Positions 1 through 19,458 of a stretch of DNA of 64,000 nucleotides are shown here, piece by piece; the stretch's first letter is position 1; each line of letters opens with the position of its first letter. This DNA is from the human T2T-CHM13v2.0 reference genome, Homo sapiens, in NCBI RefSeq assembly GCF_009914755.1, contig NC_060945.1, one strand, 5' to 3'. The position numbers and the translations under genes are program-made. The notes beneath the pieces were generated by a model. That model did no database searches. It saw only the letters and a list, made by a program, of their open reading frames with translations, and was not told the DNA's origin.

Positions 1-69
1 CTTTCCTATAAATGCCTACCCTGACCAATGTATTTTTAATTGCACTCCAGTTACCTCATGAGCTGCTGT

Positions 70-270
70 ACTTTTATCCAGACCATTTATCACCTTCTGC
101 CATGCTCTAAGATTTACTATTTGTTATGTTGATTGTTTTTGTCTCCCCCTGCTAGAATGCAAGCTCCACAAAGACCGATTTTTGTCTGTATTTTTTTGCT
201 GATAAATTCCAAGATTTCAGAACAATACATAGTACAAAACACATGCTCAGGAAAATATTTACTGAATGGT
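70..270 (+). mobile_element. L2 LINE 3' end remnant
   Basis: CTAGAATGCAAGCTCCAC...ATATTTACTGAATG resembles the L2 3' terminus. Confidence 0.7.
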
Positions 271-984
271 TCAAGGCAGTCATTAAGCAATGAGATTGGT
301 CTACATGTATTACTGTTGTAAGATGTCCATGAGATCTCATAAGGTTAAAAATTTTAAGAGCATGTCAGAAAACAACATGTGTACTATGATCCTTTCTTAT
401 ATATGTAAAAAACAAAAACTTTCCTTTCCAAGCAATCCATTCCTGAAGTCTTAACACGGGCCAGAGCAAGGTAGGCGTTCACACAGGAAGGGGAGGCCAT
501 GATGTCACTGAGTGGGGTGTCCAACCCAACCCAGCAGGGTGAGGAAGGGGCCATGTGGAACAGCAGCCCAGCACGCGTGTCCAAGCCAAGCATGACAAGG
601 AGGGCATCCACGTGGGAGGAGGTAGAGCCAGGACATAGAGATTGGTTACAAACATGCCAGTTGACCAAATAAGTAAAGATATGAAGGATAATGGGCACCA
701 GAGTTTTGCTTGTTGGAGAAGCCATTTAAATGTGGAAAAAGAGAAAACTAGAATGAACCTTGTGGAGCTGAATCAGAATTGAAGGCATCAGTGTGAATTC
801 ATGTGTGTGAAGATGTAACTCCCTAGTGAGCGTCTGGGGACAGCGACTCCCCAATAAGCAGGGAGCACACCTTAAGCCCAGATTTTGGTTTCTACGTCCT
901 GGTGTCCACTAAAAGAAACCACGACTCCTTAGAGAAATGGCTGGTTCCCCTGCTGGGGCAAGCAAAGAATAAGATGAGCCTAGA

Positions 985-1582
<598 letters not shown>

Positions 1583-2599
1583 AATGAGAGTAATGAAATA
1601 TAGGCCACTGAACAAGACACAGTAAACTATGAGTTAATAGTAGAACAGCTCAAAATCTGGACCACCAGATGGGAAGCGCTAGAACACAGCGATTCTGTGA
1701 CGCTGCTGCCAAAAATGCAGAACCAGATTCTAATTGTGGAAAAATTATCAGGCAAACCAAAATTGAGGAATCTTCTAGAAAACAATAGCCTGCCATCCTC
1801 AAAAGTGTTAAGGAAAATCATGGCTGTCAAGGAAAAACTGAGGAACTGATCTCAACTGAAGGAAACCACTAAATGTGATGCATGATTCTGAACTAGATCC
1901 TTTTGCTTACAAAGGACATTCCAGGAACAAGGGGAGAAATCTGACTGGGGTCTGAGGACTAGAGGGTGGCAATGTGTCCGTGTTAATTTCCGGATATCAA
2001 CGGCTATCTTGAGATTACACAGGAGAATGTTCCTGGTTGTGGGAAGCACACACTGAGAATTCCAGGGTAGCAGAACATCAATATGTCACTACACTCAAGT
2101 GGTTCCAGAAGGGGGTTGTTGGAAAAGAAATCTCTTTTGCATTATATTCTTATCTTTCTGTGACTGTTTAAAATTTGTATATTATCTAAAGAATAAAACA
2201 TTTGCAAAAAAAGGTAGGCTGGTCCACAGATCATTTCTGGAAGGGTGCAGGAGAGATGGAGGAGGCTCAGGAAGGAAGACTCTCCTATCAGCTCTGCAGG
2301 GACACTGTGGCACAGAGAGGGTCATACCTGGCGGAACCCAGGACCAGGTGCGTGAGGATCAGTAGCCTCCCTGCCGCCCTGGCAAGGGTGAGCTTCCTCG
2401 AGCTCCTGTTCCCATATCCGCCTGTCACTCAGGGCAAAGGGCCTTTGCCAGGGAAACTGGGAAACGTCTGCTGCATTTGGAAGATTTTTTAAGATAAGAT
2501 GAAAAAGTTGGCAAATTTCTCACACTGCTTCTTTCATTATTATTTTAGGCTGCAAAGAGGTTTGTGATGTGCTACAGTTGATCAACTTTCATGTTTTTA

Positions 2600-3030
2600 A
2601 AACTTTTTACTTGGAAATGTTTTATGGTAGGTACATAATCCCCATGTACTCACGATATAGCTTCAACTATTCAATCCTAGTTTGCTATACTCCCCCAACA
2701 CTGGCTTATTTATTTTGAAGAAAATAAGCATCCTATTCTATCATCCATTAATACCTCAACACTTATTTCTAAAAGAGAAGGACCTTTTACTTAAACATCA
2801 TCCCACCCACCACCCAAAAATCCTTACCACCACCAATTAACCATTCCCTGTTTAAATGTCCCTGATTCTGTCTGCCTCTCTCTCCTTCTCTCACAGTTGT
2901 TGTGTTCAAATCAGGATCCATACAAGACCCAACATTGCACTTGGTTGATTTGATTCTTCCACAGATTCCTTCTATTTCTTTTCCTTTTGCAATGTTTTTC
3001 ACAGTTTTCCTTTTCCAGTTCAACATCTTT
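2600..3030 (-). mobile_element. Old L1 (L1MC/ME-like) remnant
   Basis: TTCAAATCAGGATCCA...CATTGCACTTGGTTG resembles antisense L1MC 3' UTR. Confidence 0.5.
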
Positions 3031-3744
3031 GCAGTTTAAGATGCTCCTCTCTCCCCCTTTTTACTGACTCCCCATGTCTCCTCCCTGATCATTTTTTTAG
3101 AAAATTTCTTATTAACAAATCTTCCATGAGCCCAGAATACGGGCACTTTATGTTCAGGCTCCGGCAGGGAGCTCAGAGGAGGAGGTAGAGAGCTCTGCTA
3201 ATCCCAGCACGAACTTCACAGAAAACAAAAGTGCAAGTAAATTCCACAGAAACACCCAGACGGTCATTGCTCTACCATTAGCCAAGATTTGGGTGCACCA
3301 CTGTCCCCTTAGCTTCCTCATCTTTAAATTAAAGGCATTGAAAAAGATCATGATAATGACAGCAATGACAACGACATTAACAGGACATTTAATATTTGTC
3401 CAAAGGTCCCTCAAGATTCCTTCCAGTCAAGACTTTCTCTGTGATTTTAACCATCAAACACACTTCAATATATTAGTGAAGAGCAACATTCTGGTTAGGG
3501 GGGAGATATTTCATAAATGACAAATGAAAAGTAAGACAATGATAACAAAGGAACGGAGACCACAAATGTAGATGACAAAAGAAAACTACGGTCATTGTCA
3601 TATCTAAATTTGAATAACATGCTATGTTTCAAAGCACTTTCTTATACATTAGCAAATCTCAGCCACACTAATAGGTAAATGATAAAGAATGGTATAAAAG
3701 GTTAATAATGGTGGAACCTTGGGTATGCAGGTGTTTCACTAAGC

Positions 3745-3967
3745 CAGTGGATCTCAACCAGGGTAATCTTGTGTCCCCCCACCTCCTGCCTCCAGGGGTC
3801 ATTTAGCAATGTCTGGGGACATTTTGGTTGTCCCAGCTAGGAAGGTGTCCTGACCTCTACTGGGCAGAGGCCAAGGCTGCACTGAAATATCCTTCGATAC
3901 TTGGCACAGACTGCACCACAAAGTATCCAGCCCACAATGTCAGTAGTTCAGAAACTGAGAGATCCTG
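3745..3967 (+). mobile_element. MER20 (hAT-Charlie)
   Basis: CAGTGGATCTCAACC...GCAATGTCTGGGGACATTTTGGTTGTC...CCTG matches MER20. Confidence 0.85.
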
Positions 3968-4122
3968 AGATAGGCAAGTCCCCTTGTTACCCAACTAAAA
4001 CTGTACTAGACCAGGGGACTAGGGAGGCTACTGAGGCCTGAAGGCACAGGAAGTCAGACACCTTGTATTACAACCCTCCACACTGTGGGCTACCCTAACA
4101 CATGAGGTTCGATAAAACAATC

Positions 4123-4458
<336 letters not shown>

Positions 4459-4619
4459 TTACCGAGATAGATCACAATATATATTTCTAAGTCTGAACTA
4501 TTCCCTCAATGTATTCTTCTTGGGAAACTGTACTTACCAGACACTGTCCAACTGAAGAATTTACCTGCTTAGCAGACCTGTCTCTGAATGACAGCACCTG
4601 CGCTGATTTAGACAATGGG

Positions 4620-5420
4620 CACCTGCATCCTTGGGAACCCTTTACTCTAATGGGAGCGACTGACAATGAATACGTCCATGAGAAAGAGTCAGGTGGCCAT
4701 GAGTGCCATGACGAGAACAGAGCCGGAACAGGAAGGGGAGGGGAGGGAGGGGTCTGGGGAGAGGGCTGCTACTTCAGCTTAGGTTCTCAGGGAAGCCTGT
4801 CCGGGGAGGCGATATTTGAGCCAAGACCTGAAGGAAGTGAATGGCTAGCCAGGCAGAGCTTGGAAGGAGAGTATTGGGGGCATGCAGTGGGAAGGCCTGT
4901 AGCAGGGGCACGCTGCGTGTATTCTAGTCCCAGAAGAAAGGCCTCTGAAGTGCCCTAAATGAGGAGGACAGGAGGTGAGAGAGAGGCGGGGCCAAATCCC
5001 TTGAGGCCTCCTAGTCCCAGCAGAAAGTCTAGCTTTCAAACAAACTATAATGGGAAGCCATTGGAAGTTCAACCGGAGGAGTAAGGAGACTTGATTGCTA
5101 TTGATTGATTGATTGATTGACTGAGACAGGGTCTTGTTCTGTCACCCAGGCTGACTGCAGATCAAAGCTCACTGTGGCCTCAACCTCCCAGGCTCACACG
5201 ATCCTCCCACCTCAGCCTCCTGAGTAACTAGGACTACAGGCACGTGCCACCATGCCCAGTTAATTTTTTTTATTTTTTCATAGAGATTGTCTGGCTATGT
5301 TGCCCAGGCTGGTCTTGAACTTCTGGATGCAAACTATTCAGATCCCTCTAGCTATTCTGTGGAGAATGGACATTATGCAGGCAAGAAGGAAGAAGAAAAC
5401 CAACTGAGAGGCAACTGCAT
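4620..5420 (-). mobile_element. L2 remnant interrupted by an Alu
   Basis: CAGGGAAGCCTG...TTTGAGCCAAGACCTGAAGGAAG and ATGGGAAGCCATTGGAAG are antisense L2 motifs. Confidence 0.7.
5095..5327 (-). mobile_element. AluJ, partial, with (TTGA)n tail
   Basis: GAGACAGGGTCTTG...GATCCTCCCACCTCAGCC, J-type diagnostics. Confidence 0.9.
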
Positions 5421-6328
5421 TAAGAATTTTACTGAAAATCAAAACCACCCAAAAAGAGAAATATCTGCCATTGATAAAGATATTCCAAAGAAGAATTCAC
5501 TCCTAAAAGCTATTTCAAAAGAAGAGAAAAGGCCCCAGATGTTTAATTATTAGTGGTCTCTTTCCAGTAAGGGTGCTGGGCAGTGTTGCCTCCCCACCCT
5601 AGATGGCGTCCGCAACCAGAAACTCTGGTGTGAAGCTATTAATAACTTTCTCCAACAGGCTGGGACTCTGGGATTTTACCATCAGGGGGTGGTGAAGAGC
5701 ACCCACCACCTGGGAGAAGCCTGGCCAGAGGGAGCAATGCACAAGGAACTTTTGGACCAGAGTAAGAGTGAATATAAGCTCAGATCTGCGTGGTATACTC
5801 TCTCTCATATTTTATTTGTGTTCTTGAGTGTTCTGGTCTCCCAGTCTTCAAAGAGCCAACTGGAGCCGGATGGTGCATGGGAAAAACGGAGGCTGAGACT
5901 CTCAGCCTGAGGTTCCATTATCTTCCCCTCTTTTTCCTCAGGGTGCTTTTCCTCATACTTATTATTCCCAGCCAGCATGGCAACAAGGTCCATGGGGGAC
6001 CCACACCCAGATTACAGTGTGGATCTAGAAAATGCACCAAGGAAGCTCCTCTGCAGGTTTTAAACAAGCCCCAGGTCAGTCTAGCACGTGGTAGACTCCA
6101 ACTCCCCAGGAAGTTAGCCTGAGACCTGAAGCTGAAGCCACTGCCCATTTTAAGGAGTTTGTCCTCTCCTCCCTGACAAACCCCAGGCAGTAGTGGGTGG
6201 GTGGTCAAGCATCAGAGGATGATCCCCTGTCCCTGCCTTTCTTCTACCATCTCCTTCGACCACACACACATAAAGGCAGGTAGCAAAACCCCACAATCTG
6301 TGCACCACTCCGGAAGTGCCACTGTTCA

Positions 6329-6697
<369 letters not shown>

Positions 6698-7186
6698 TTA
6701 AGCTTCACACTTCAAAGACTGTTAATTACACATTATGACACCAATTATATCTGAATGCATTATAAAACAGAATCTTTGGTAAGCTATTTTACTGTTTTAA
6801 TTCTTTTCTTCCACCATTTTTAATAATTAAACTCCTGTTTTTATATTAAGATGCAATTAAAAAAGAAAAGTCCTTTAAATTTTCAATCTATTTCATTTTT
6901 TTTACATAAAGAATTCAATAGCCATCCATTATAATGTAGCACACAATATAGCCAAAGGAAAAATGAATAACTTAGATAAAACAAGATGAATTCCATTTAG
7001 GGGGAAAAAATACAAGTCTACGTATTTTGAAAGCCCTTAGCATGAAATAGTCAATTAAAATATGGGGAACTCCCGACCAAACACAGATAAAACAAACCAC
7101 ATGGTAGCATACTCCTATGAAAGAGAAAGCTTTACTCTGTAAAAGAAGAGGGCACAGCGAATCGGGTCTCAAAATGCTGAATTTGA

Positions 7187-7522
<336 letters not shown>

Positions 7523-7656
7523 TCAATTATCGATGAAGTAAAAGGACACCATTATTTAGTGTGAGCCTACCCATGCTGAATTACATTTCAAATATAAGGA
7601 TAATGTCTCACATGTACAAGAGTAAACAAGGAAAATTAAATAATTTTGATCCTTTT

Positions 7657-7951
7657 GTGTGTGTGTGAGAGACCTGATCTTGCTCTATTGCCCAAGCTGG
7701 AGTGCAGTAGTGTGATCATGGCTCACTGCAGCCTCAACTTCCCAGACTCAGGTGATTTTCCCACCTCAGCCTCCCGGCCAGCTGGGACCACAGGCATGCG
7801 CTACTATGCCTGGCTAATTTTTCTATATTTTTGTAGAGACGGGGTCTCTCCGTGTTGCCCAGGCTGGTCTCGAACTCCTGGGCTCAAGCGATCCTCCCGC
7901 CTCAGCCTCCCAAAGTGCCGGGATTACAGGCATGGGCCACCATGTGCAGCC
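7657..7951 (-). mobile_element. AluJ
   Basis: GATCATGGCTCACTGCAGCC and CCTGGGCTCAAG, J-type diagnostics. Confidence 0.9.
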
Positions 7952-8096
7952 AGTTTTGATACTTTAAAGCCACAGTTTGTGAGCTACAAACTTCACATTC
8001 ACATGTACTAAGACTGAACAATGTGTCGGGGACGAGAAGTATTCCTGTGTGATCCATCTACTACAGCCTTATTCATCCTTTGTTTCTCTTCTAACC

Positions 8097-8303
8097 CAAA
8101 GATCAGCAAACTTTTTTTTAAAATAAAGGGCCAAATAGTAACGATCTCAGGCTTTATAGGCCATATTTCACAACTACTCAACTCTGCTGTTGTAACAAGA
8201 AAGCGCAGCTATAAATAACAGGTACACAAAGGAGTATGGCTGTGTTCCAAATAAAACTTTATTTACAAAAACAGGCCCATGGGCTGTGATTTGCTGACCC
8301 CTG
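8097..8303 (+). mobile_element. MER58A (hAT-Charlie)
   Basis: CAGCAAACTTTTT...AAAGGGCCAAATAGTAA...GGCTGTGTTCCAAATAAAACTTTATTTACAAAAACAGG...GACCCCTG. Confidence 0.85.
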
Positions 8304-8477
8304 TTCTAGTTCTCAGGGTGCTAGAAAGGAGGAGTGAAGCAGAGATACACTTAAGACACTCCTGAAAGAACACAGTAGGAATAAGCAAAGAGATCCAGTT
8401 GATCCTAATGTATCCACCAGGCATAGCCGATTACACCCAGGAGTATTCTTGTAAGACAAAAACCAAGTCGAGAGATA

Positions 8478-8556
8478 TTAGGTTGGTGCAAAAGTAACTG
8501 TGGTTTTTGCCCCTGAAAGTAATGGAAAAACTGCAATTACTTCTGCACCAATCTAA
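8478..8556 (-). mobile_element. MADE1 (Hsmar1-derived MITE), full length
   Basis: TTAGGTTGGTGCAAAAGTAA...TTACTTCTGCACCAATCTAA inverted repeats flanked by TA on both sides. Confidence 0.95.
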
Positions 8557-8686
8557 TACCAGGGAGGCATCATTTCTCAACAACCACAACTCTCAAGACA
8601 CGAGGGCCTCTCCCTCACAGAAGCAGCAACATTCCATCATGGGGTTTGTCCCCTGAACTGCATATCCACTGGAGATTCTATAGTGA

Positions 8687-9029
<343 letters not shown>

Positions 9030-9249
9030 AGCCTGCCTCTTCTTATGTCTAGCAGCACACCAGGGCTGGGGACGCAGGCTGTGGTCACCAATTCAAAAGA
9101 GGTAACTGCTCTACCAGGGAGTGACCTTACCCAGGAACTAATCAACAACTCGATGAGAGCTCAAGACATAAGCCTTTCGACTCCAGCTTTGAACTCTTAC
9201 CTGCCGAAGGGCCGAGAAGAGCCCACTGAGCCCAGAGCAGCCGTGATCA

Positions 9250-9500
9250 ACCACTGTCACTTCACAAACCCCAAATACATGGGTTCTTCCTTCTCGTGGA
9301 CACATCTTCCTCTCACACTTCACACTCCGCCCGGAGCAAACCCTGTCAATTCAACCCTCAAAGGGTTCCAGAATCTGCTGCATCTCCATCGCCAGCAGCC
9401 CATTGCCAGTACCAGCTACATCGCCAGCACCCTCATCACTGTCACCTCCTAATTGGTCTCCCTGACTTTGCTCTTGCCTCACTTCCAACAGAATATTGTC
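9250..9500 (+). mobile_element. L2 remnant
   Basis: CAAACCCTGTCAATTCAACCCTC...CCAGAATC...CCTCCTAATTGGTCTCCCTG. Confidence 0.6.
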
Positions 9501-9501
9501 A

Positions 9502-9811
<310 letters not shown>

Positions 9812-10411
9812 GAATAGGGGGTGAAAATCAACAAACAGCAGGCACAGATTTGGGGCTAGATAATAGACAAATAAGTGAAAAAGCAAATTTATTCACATAC
9901 CCTTGATGCCCCTAGAAAGTCCTTCAAAGCACATGACAGGGCGTATATGAAAGTGTAAACTGCTCACCATATGACCGTCAGGCTTCTGAAGCTGTTTACA
10001 TCTGGAATGCGACCATCAACCTGGAAGGTAAGAAAAACAAACAAACAAAAAAACTTCTGAGTGACAAACAGCTTCCACAAAGCCCATCCATTTTATTCCA
10101 CAGAAGAAAAAGAAGTGCGTCATTTATAAAACTCTACCAGAGGAGGCAACAGCCATCGCTAATAACAGAGGAAAGAAACAAAGGCCGTAAAATTAGAAGC
10201 AGAGGAGCAGAACCATCCAGGACCTTGAAATAAAGATGGAGTCCACACAGAGTCAACCCCGGCACATCACCCTAACAGCCTTCTACAGTAACAATATTCC
10301 TAGGTCGGCAACACAGGCTCAACCAGGCTCAGAATCCTGTTCAAGGACACAAGATGAGTAATACGTTTTTATTCTATTTTTATTTTTATTTTCTTAAGAT
10401 GGTTAAAATTG

Positions 10412-11199
10412 CACCAGGCGCAGTGGTTCACACCCTAATCCCAGCATCTTGAGAGGCTGAGGCTGGCAGATCACTTGACCCCAGGAGTTCAAGACCAGTC
10501 TCGGCAACACGGCAAAACGCTGTCTCTACAAAAAATAAAAATACAGGCCGGGTGCGGTGGCTCACGCCTGTAATCCTAGCACTTTGGAAGGCCGAGGTGG
10601 GTGGATCACTCGAGGTCAGAAGTTCAAGACCAGCCTGGCCAACATGGTGAAACCCTGTCTCTACTAAAGATACAAAAATTAGCCAGGCGTGGGGGCATGC
10701 ACCTGTAATCCCAACTACTTGGGTGGCTGAGGCAGGAGACTCCCTTGAACTCGGGAGGCGGAGATTGCAGTGAGCCAAGATCGAGTCACTGCACTCCAGC
10801 CTGGGTGATAGAGCAAGCTTCCGTCTCGGGAAAAAAAAAAAAAAAAAAGCCAGATGCGGTGGCTCACACCTGTAATCCCAGCACTTTGAGAGGCTGAGAC
10901 ACGAGAATTGATTGAACCCAGGAGGCGGAGGTTGCAATAAGCTGAGATGGCACCGCCGCACTCCAGCTTGGGGGACAGAGTGAGACTCTGCCTAAAAAAA
11001 TAAAAATAAATTTAAAAATAAAAATGAAAAATATCAGCCTGGTGCAGTGGTATGCAACTGTAGTCCCAGCGACTAGGAAGGCTGCGGTGAGAGGATTCCC
11101 TCAACCTGGGAGGTCAAGGCTGCAGTGAACGGTGATTGCGTGATTGCACCACAGCACTCCAGCCTGGGCGACAGAGCAAGAACCTGTCTCAAAAAAAAA
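10412..11199 (+). mobile_element. Nested Alu cluster: AluJ host split by an AluS (10546-10848) and a fused Alu monomer (10849-11030)
   Basis: J left arm 10412-10545 and J right arm 11030-11199; the inserts lie in the A-rich linker. Confidence 0.85.
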
Positions 11200-11226
11200 T
11201 TTTTCTTTTCAAAGCTAATATATTCT

Positions 11227-11378
11227 TATTTTATTTTATTATTTTTATTTATTTATTTATTTTTAGTGCAGAGTGCAGTGGCAAGATCTGTAGTCTTGAA
11301 CTCCAAAGCTCAAACGATCCTCCCACCGCAGCCTCCCAAGTAGCTGGGACTACAGGCATGTGCCACTATGCTTGGTTA
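11227..11378 (-). mobile_element. Truncated AluJ / monomer
   Basis: TSD AAAGCTAATATATTCT on both sides. Confidence 0.85.
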
Positions 11379-11457
11379 AAAGCTAATATATTCTCTTAAT
11401 AAGGGAGGGAACAGCTTTCAAAGAAAGACAGAATTAAGATGAATGAGTAAAAGCTGA

Positions 11458-11990
<533 letters not shown>

Positions 11991-12074
11991 TTCTTACAGG
12001 TCTTGATATTCAGGCGAGGTTGAACTAGAGGTCCTTGAGGATCCCAATCAATTCCAAGGTTTTATGATGGGTCA

Positions 12075-12555
12075 TGTCAAAGCAAAAAATTATTCTGACA
12101 TTTTTTACAAATGGTAAGGCAGACTTTATTTAGGATTACAACAACAGGTGTCAAGGTCATTGCAATAGGGAGAAAGATTGGGCTCAACTCCAAATACAGC
12201 AAAGACGTCTGGAGATCAGTAGCCAATGAGCCGGGGAGGCGTCTGTGGAGGGGAAATTACTAAGAAGAGATATTAAAGTCAGGGGGATTCTTGCTAAATC
12301 AACTTAACAGGATTCCTGCTGAAGGCAGGTTGACTTAGACAACAAGGATAGGGACAAGGAACTTGATCAGGTGTGATCAGATATCCAGAATAAAGGATAT
12401 CTCTCTAAACTCATCTAGCAGCTCTCTAACTTTAGCAGGATTCTTGCTAAAACTAACTGGGAAGGCCTGGAAGGTGGGGGTGGGCTAACGGCCTAGCTGA
12501 GAAGGGGGCTCAGAGAAGCCGGATTCAAGTTTGGTCAAGGAGCAAGTCTTCATCA
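12075..12555 (-). mobile_element. Solo LTR, MER31-like (ERV1)
   Basis: TG...CA ends; GGGCTCAACTCCAAATACAGC, GGATTCTTGCTAAA and AAGTTTGGTCAAGGAG match antisense MER31. Confidence 0.75.
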
Positions 12556-13112
12556 GTAATAGTAACTCCAGGGAACAGAGGTCCTGATACCTCGAGGTGG
12601 TGCCCAAGGCAACAGGGAAGTACTAGCCAGAGCAAAGAGCAGAATCCAGACGTCCTGGCCCGAAGCTCAGTGGGGTGAGTTGTAGCTGGTGCCCAGTAAT
12701 ACCTGACACCACATAACACCTTCTAGTTTCTCCATTTCTTCCCGCGTATAATTGCGCTTTTTTGCAAAATCTAGAAATGGCCGTTTCTAAACATCAAGCT
12801 ACCGTACAATAAGGGGAAACTACCTTTGCACATAATGCCATGTGAGCAATTTATATACAATTCCCTGTGATATTGAGGCAGATTGATTCATCATCATGAA
12901 GACAATGAGGCTTTTCAAAGTGGCCTTGTAATGACAGGCATATAAATAAAATAGGCCAAAAAAAAAAAAAAACTGAAACTAAAAGACTGGATTTAAAAGC
13001 CTCTGGCAAAAACCAGGAAGCTTGCGATCACTAACAGAATTACTAAACTACCCTAGCAAAGTTAAACAAAGTTCCATAATCCCCAAATCCAAAGGAGAGC
13101 ATTTAAAGCTGA

Positions 13113-15486
<2,374 letters not shown>

Positions 15487-15531
15487 CAGTAGAAGAAGAA
15501 GAGGGGCAGAGAATTTAACATTCAATTTTCT

Positions 15532-15849
<318 letters not shown>

Positions 15850-15985
15850 CTATCTTTGCCCTCAATGGAGAGGGAAGAAACAGAGAACCTGATTTTTAAG
15901 CTAGATTTCCAGGCATGGGTAGGGGCAGGTGTGGCGCACTGTCTGAGGAGGCTCCGAGTGTTACGAGTGTCAGTGAAAACCTTGA

Positions 15986-16617
<632 letters not shown>

Positions 16618-17572
16618 AAAACCTCGAATTTTCTACACAAAATTGTGTGTATGTGTGCATTTTTCTGAAAAGAGAAATCCAGAAAGGAAAAGGTCAAAAT
16701 GTTTCTATATCCTCAAAAGGTGACCAAAAATTTTAAGAGACAATGCTGCCGGGAAAACCATGTAGAAACAGCCACTGTCTCCCCAGGAGAAGAGAGAGGA
16801 ACCGGCAGGTGGTGGGTACCCAGGTCAGCTCCATGAGCAGGAATGCCACCTCTTCCCTTGCCAAGGGGAGCTGGGCTGGAGGAAGGACCAGCACCACCCC
16901 TCCAGCCGCCACCCACCCCCGAGGGGGCAGCTGGGATGGTGCGTTCCTGCAAATCTCTCACAGCTCCCTCTCAACACTCAGTGACATTTGCAAAGCTCAT
17001 CAGCCCAGCAGGTGTCGGATGCACAAGCAACAGCAAAAGCAGTTCCGGGGCTGGGGAAAATCTCATCGTGTTGTTCTGAAAACCTCCGGGCTGCTGAGAG
17101 TCTCCAGGCAGCAAACCAGGAGGGAAAAAATACTCAGGAGACAAGAGAACAGCAGAGCGGACCACACAGGAAATGCCCAGGTGGGCACAACGAAGCCCGG
17201 AGCTGTCTGCAGATTCCTGCCCCGGTGGGCATCGGTCAGCCCTTCCGGAGCCCAGATCCGCCCCTCAGGAGCTGTGTGGGGAGGATCAGCGGCCCCCTCC
17301 CACTAGGCTCGGTTCCCCCCTTTACCACACAGACACGATCATTCAGAATGAACCTCATAGGGCTGTTGTGGGGTCAAGGAGAAAATGTGCTTTGCATGTC
17401 ACCAAGACCCAGTAAATGCCTTCAGATGTGTGTTGGGATTAGTATCAGAGCTCTTCTCTGTTTTCTTCCCTGCAGGGGTGATCACGGGTACAAACAAACA
17501 GCAGGTGACAAGGGAGGTTGATGGAATCAACTTCCCAGTTCCACAGGGCCCTTGCCCAAAGGGAGTGGCAAG

Positions 17573-17888
<316 letters not shown>

Positions 17889-18029
17889 GGGAGTGGCAAG
17901 CCAGCCAGGCAATGCCACCTGAGAGGGGCGGGAGCCTTGAGTCCACAGGGAGCCCTACAATGATCTCCATCTCCCATGCTGTGGTCCCTTTTCCAGCTGT
18001 GTCAGTGTCCTCAGCTCAGAGGCACAAGG

Positions 18030-18703
<674 letters not shown>

Positions 18704-18744
18704 TTAATGTTCCTAAACTTACAATAGACATGCACATTTCACAT

Positions 18745-18870
18745 AGATTTTCTCATCTGTTAAATGGGGATAATAACAGCATCTAGCTAACAAGATTAGT
18801 GGAGGATTAAGGATTAATATAAGCAGAATGCTTTGAACAGAGCTTGGCATGGCGTACGCATCAGAAATTG
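18745..18870 (+). mobile_element. MIR fragment
   Basis: TTTTCTCATCTGTTAAATGGGGATAATAACAG. Confidence 0.75.
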
Positions 18871-19133
18871 TCCTCTGCAGGTATTTTCACCGTCATTACA
18901 GTAATTGATCTGATCTGCTGCAAGTCTTCGCACTCCAGTCAAATGTGGAAATTCTTCCTCACCCCTCACTCAATCCAGGCATCACCTGACCCTGGTACCA
19001 AAGATGCACGGTCTGGAGCTGGCAAGGGAATGGCCTCGGTAAACAGAAAGATGCTGTGGAGTTTCAGGCATTTTCTGGGGTTTTCCCACTCTGTTGTCTT
19101 CCCAGAATTAGTTACTTACAAAAAGAACATGGC

Positions 19134-19458
<325 letters not shown>

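Noticed and set aside
16743-17521. Overlapping 187- and 177-aa ORFs
   Set aside because: GC-rich sequence is open in several frames; no recognisable protein similarity or convincing splice sites
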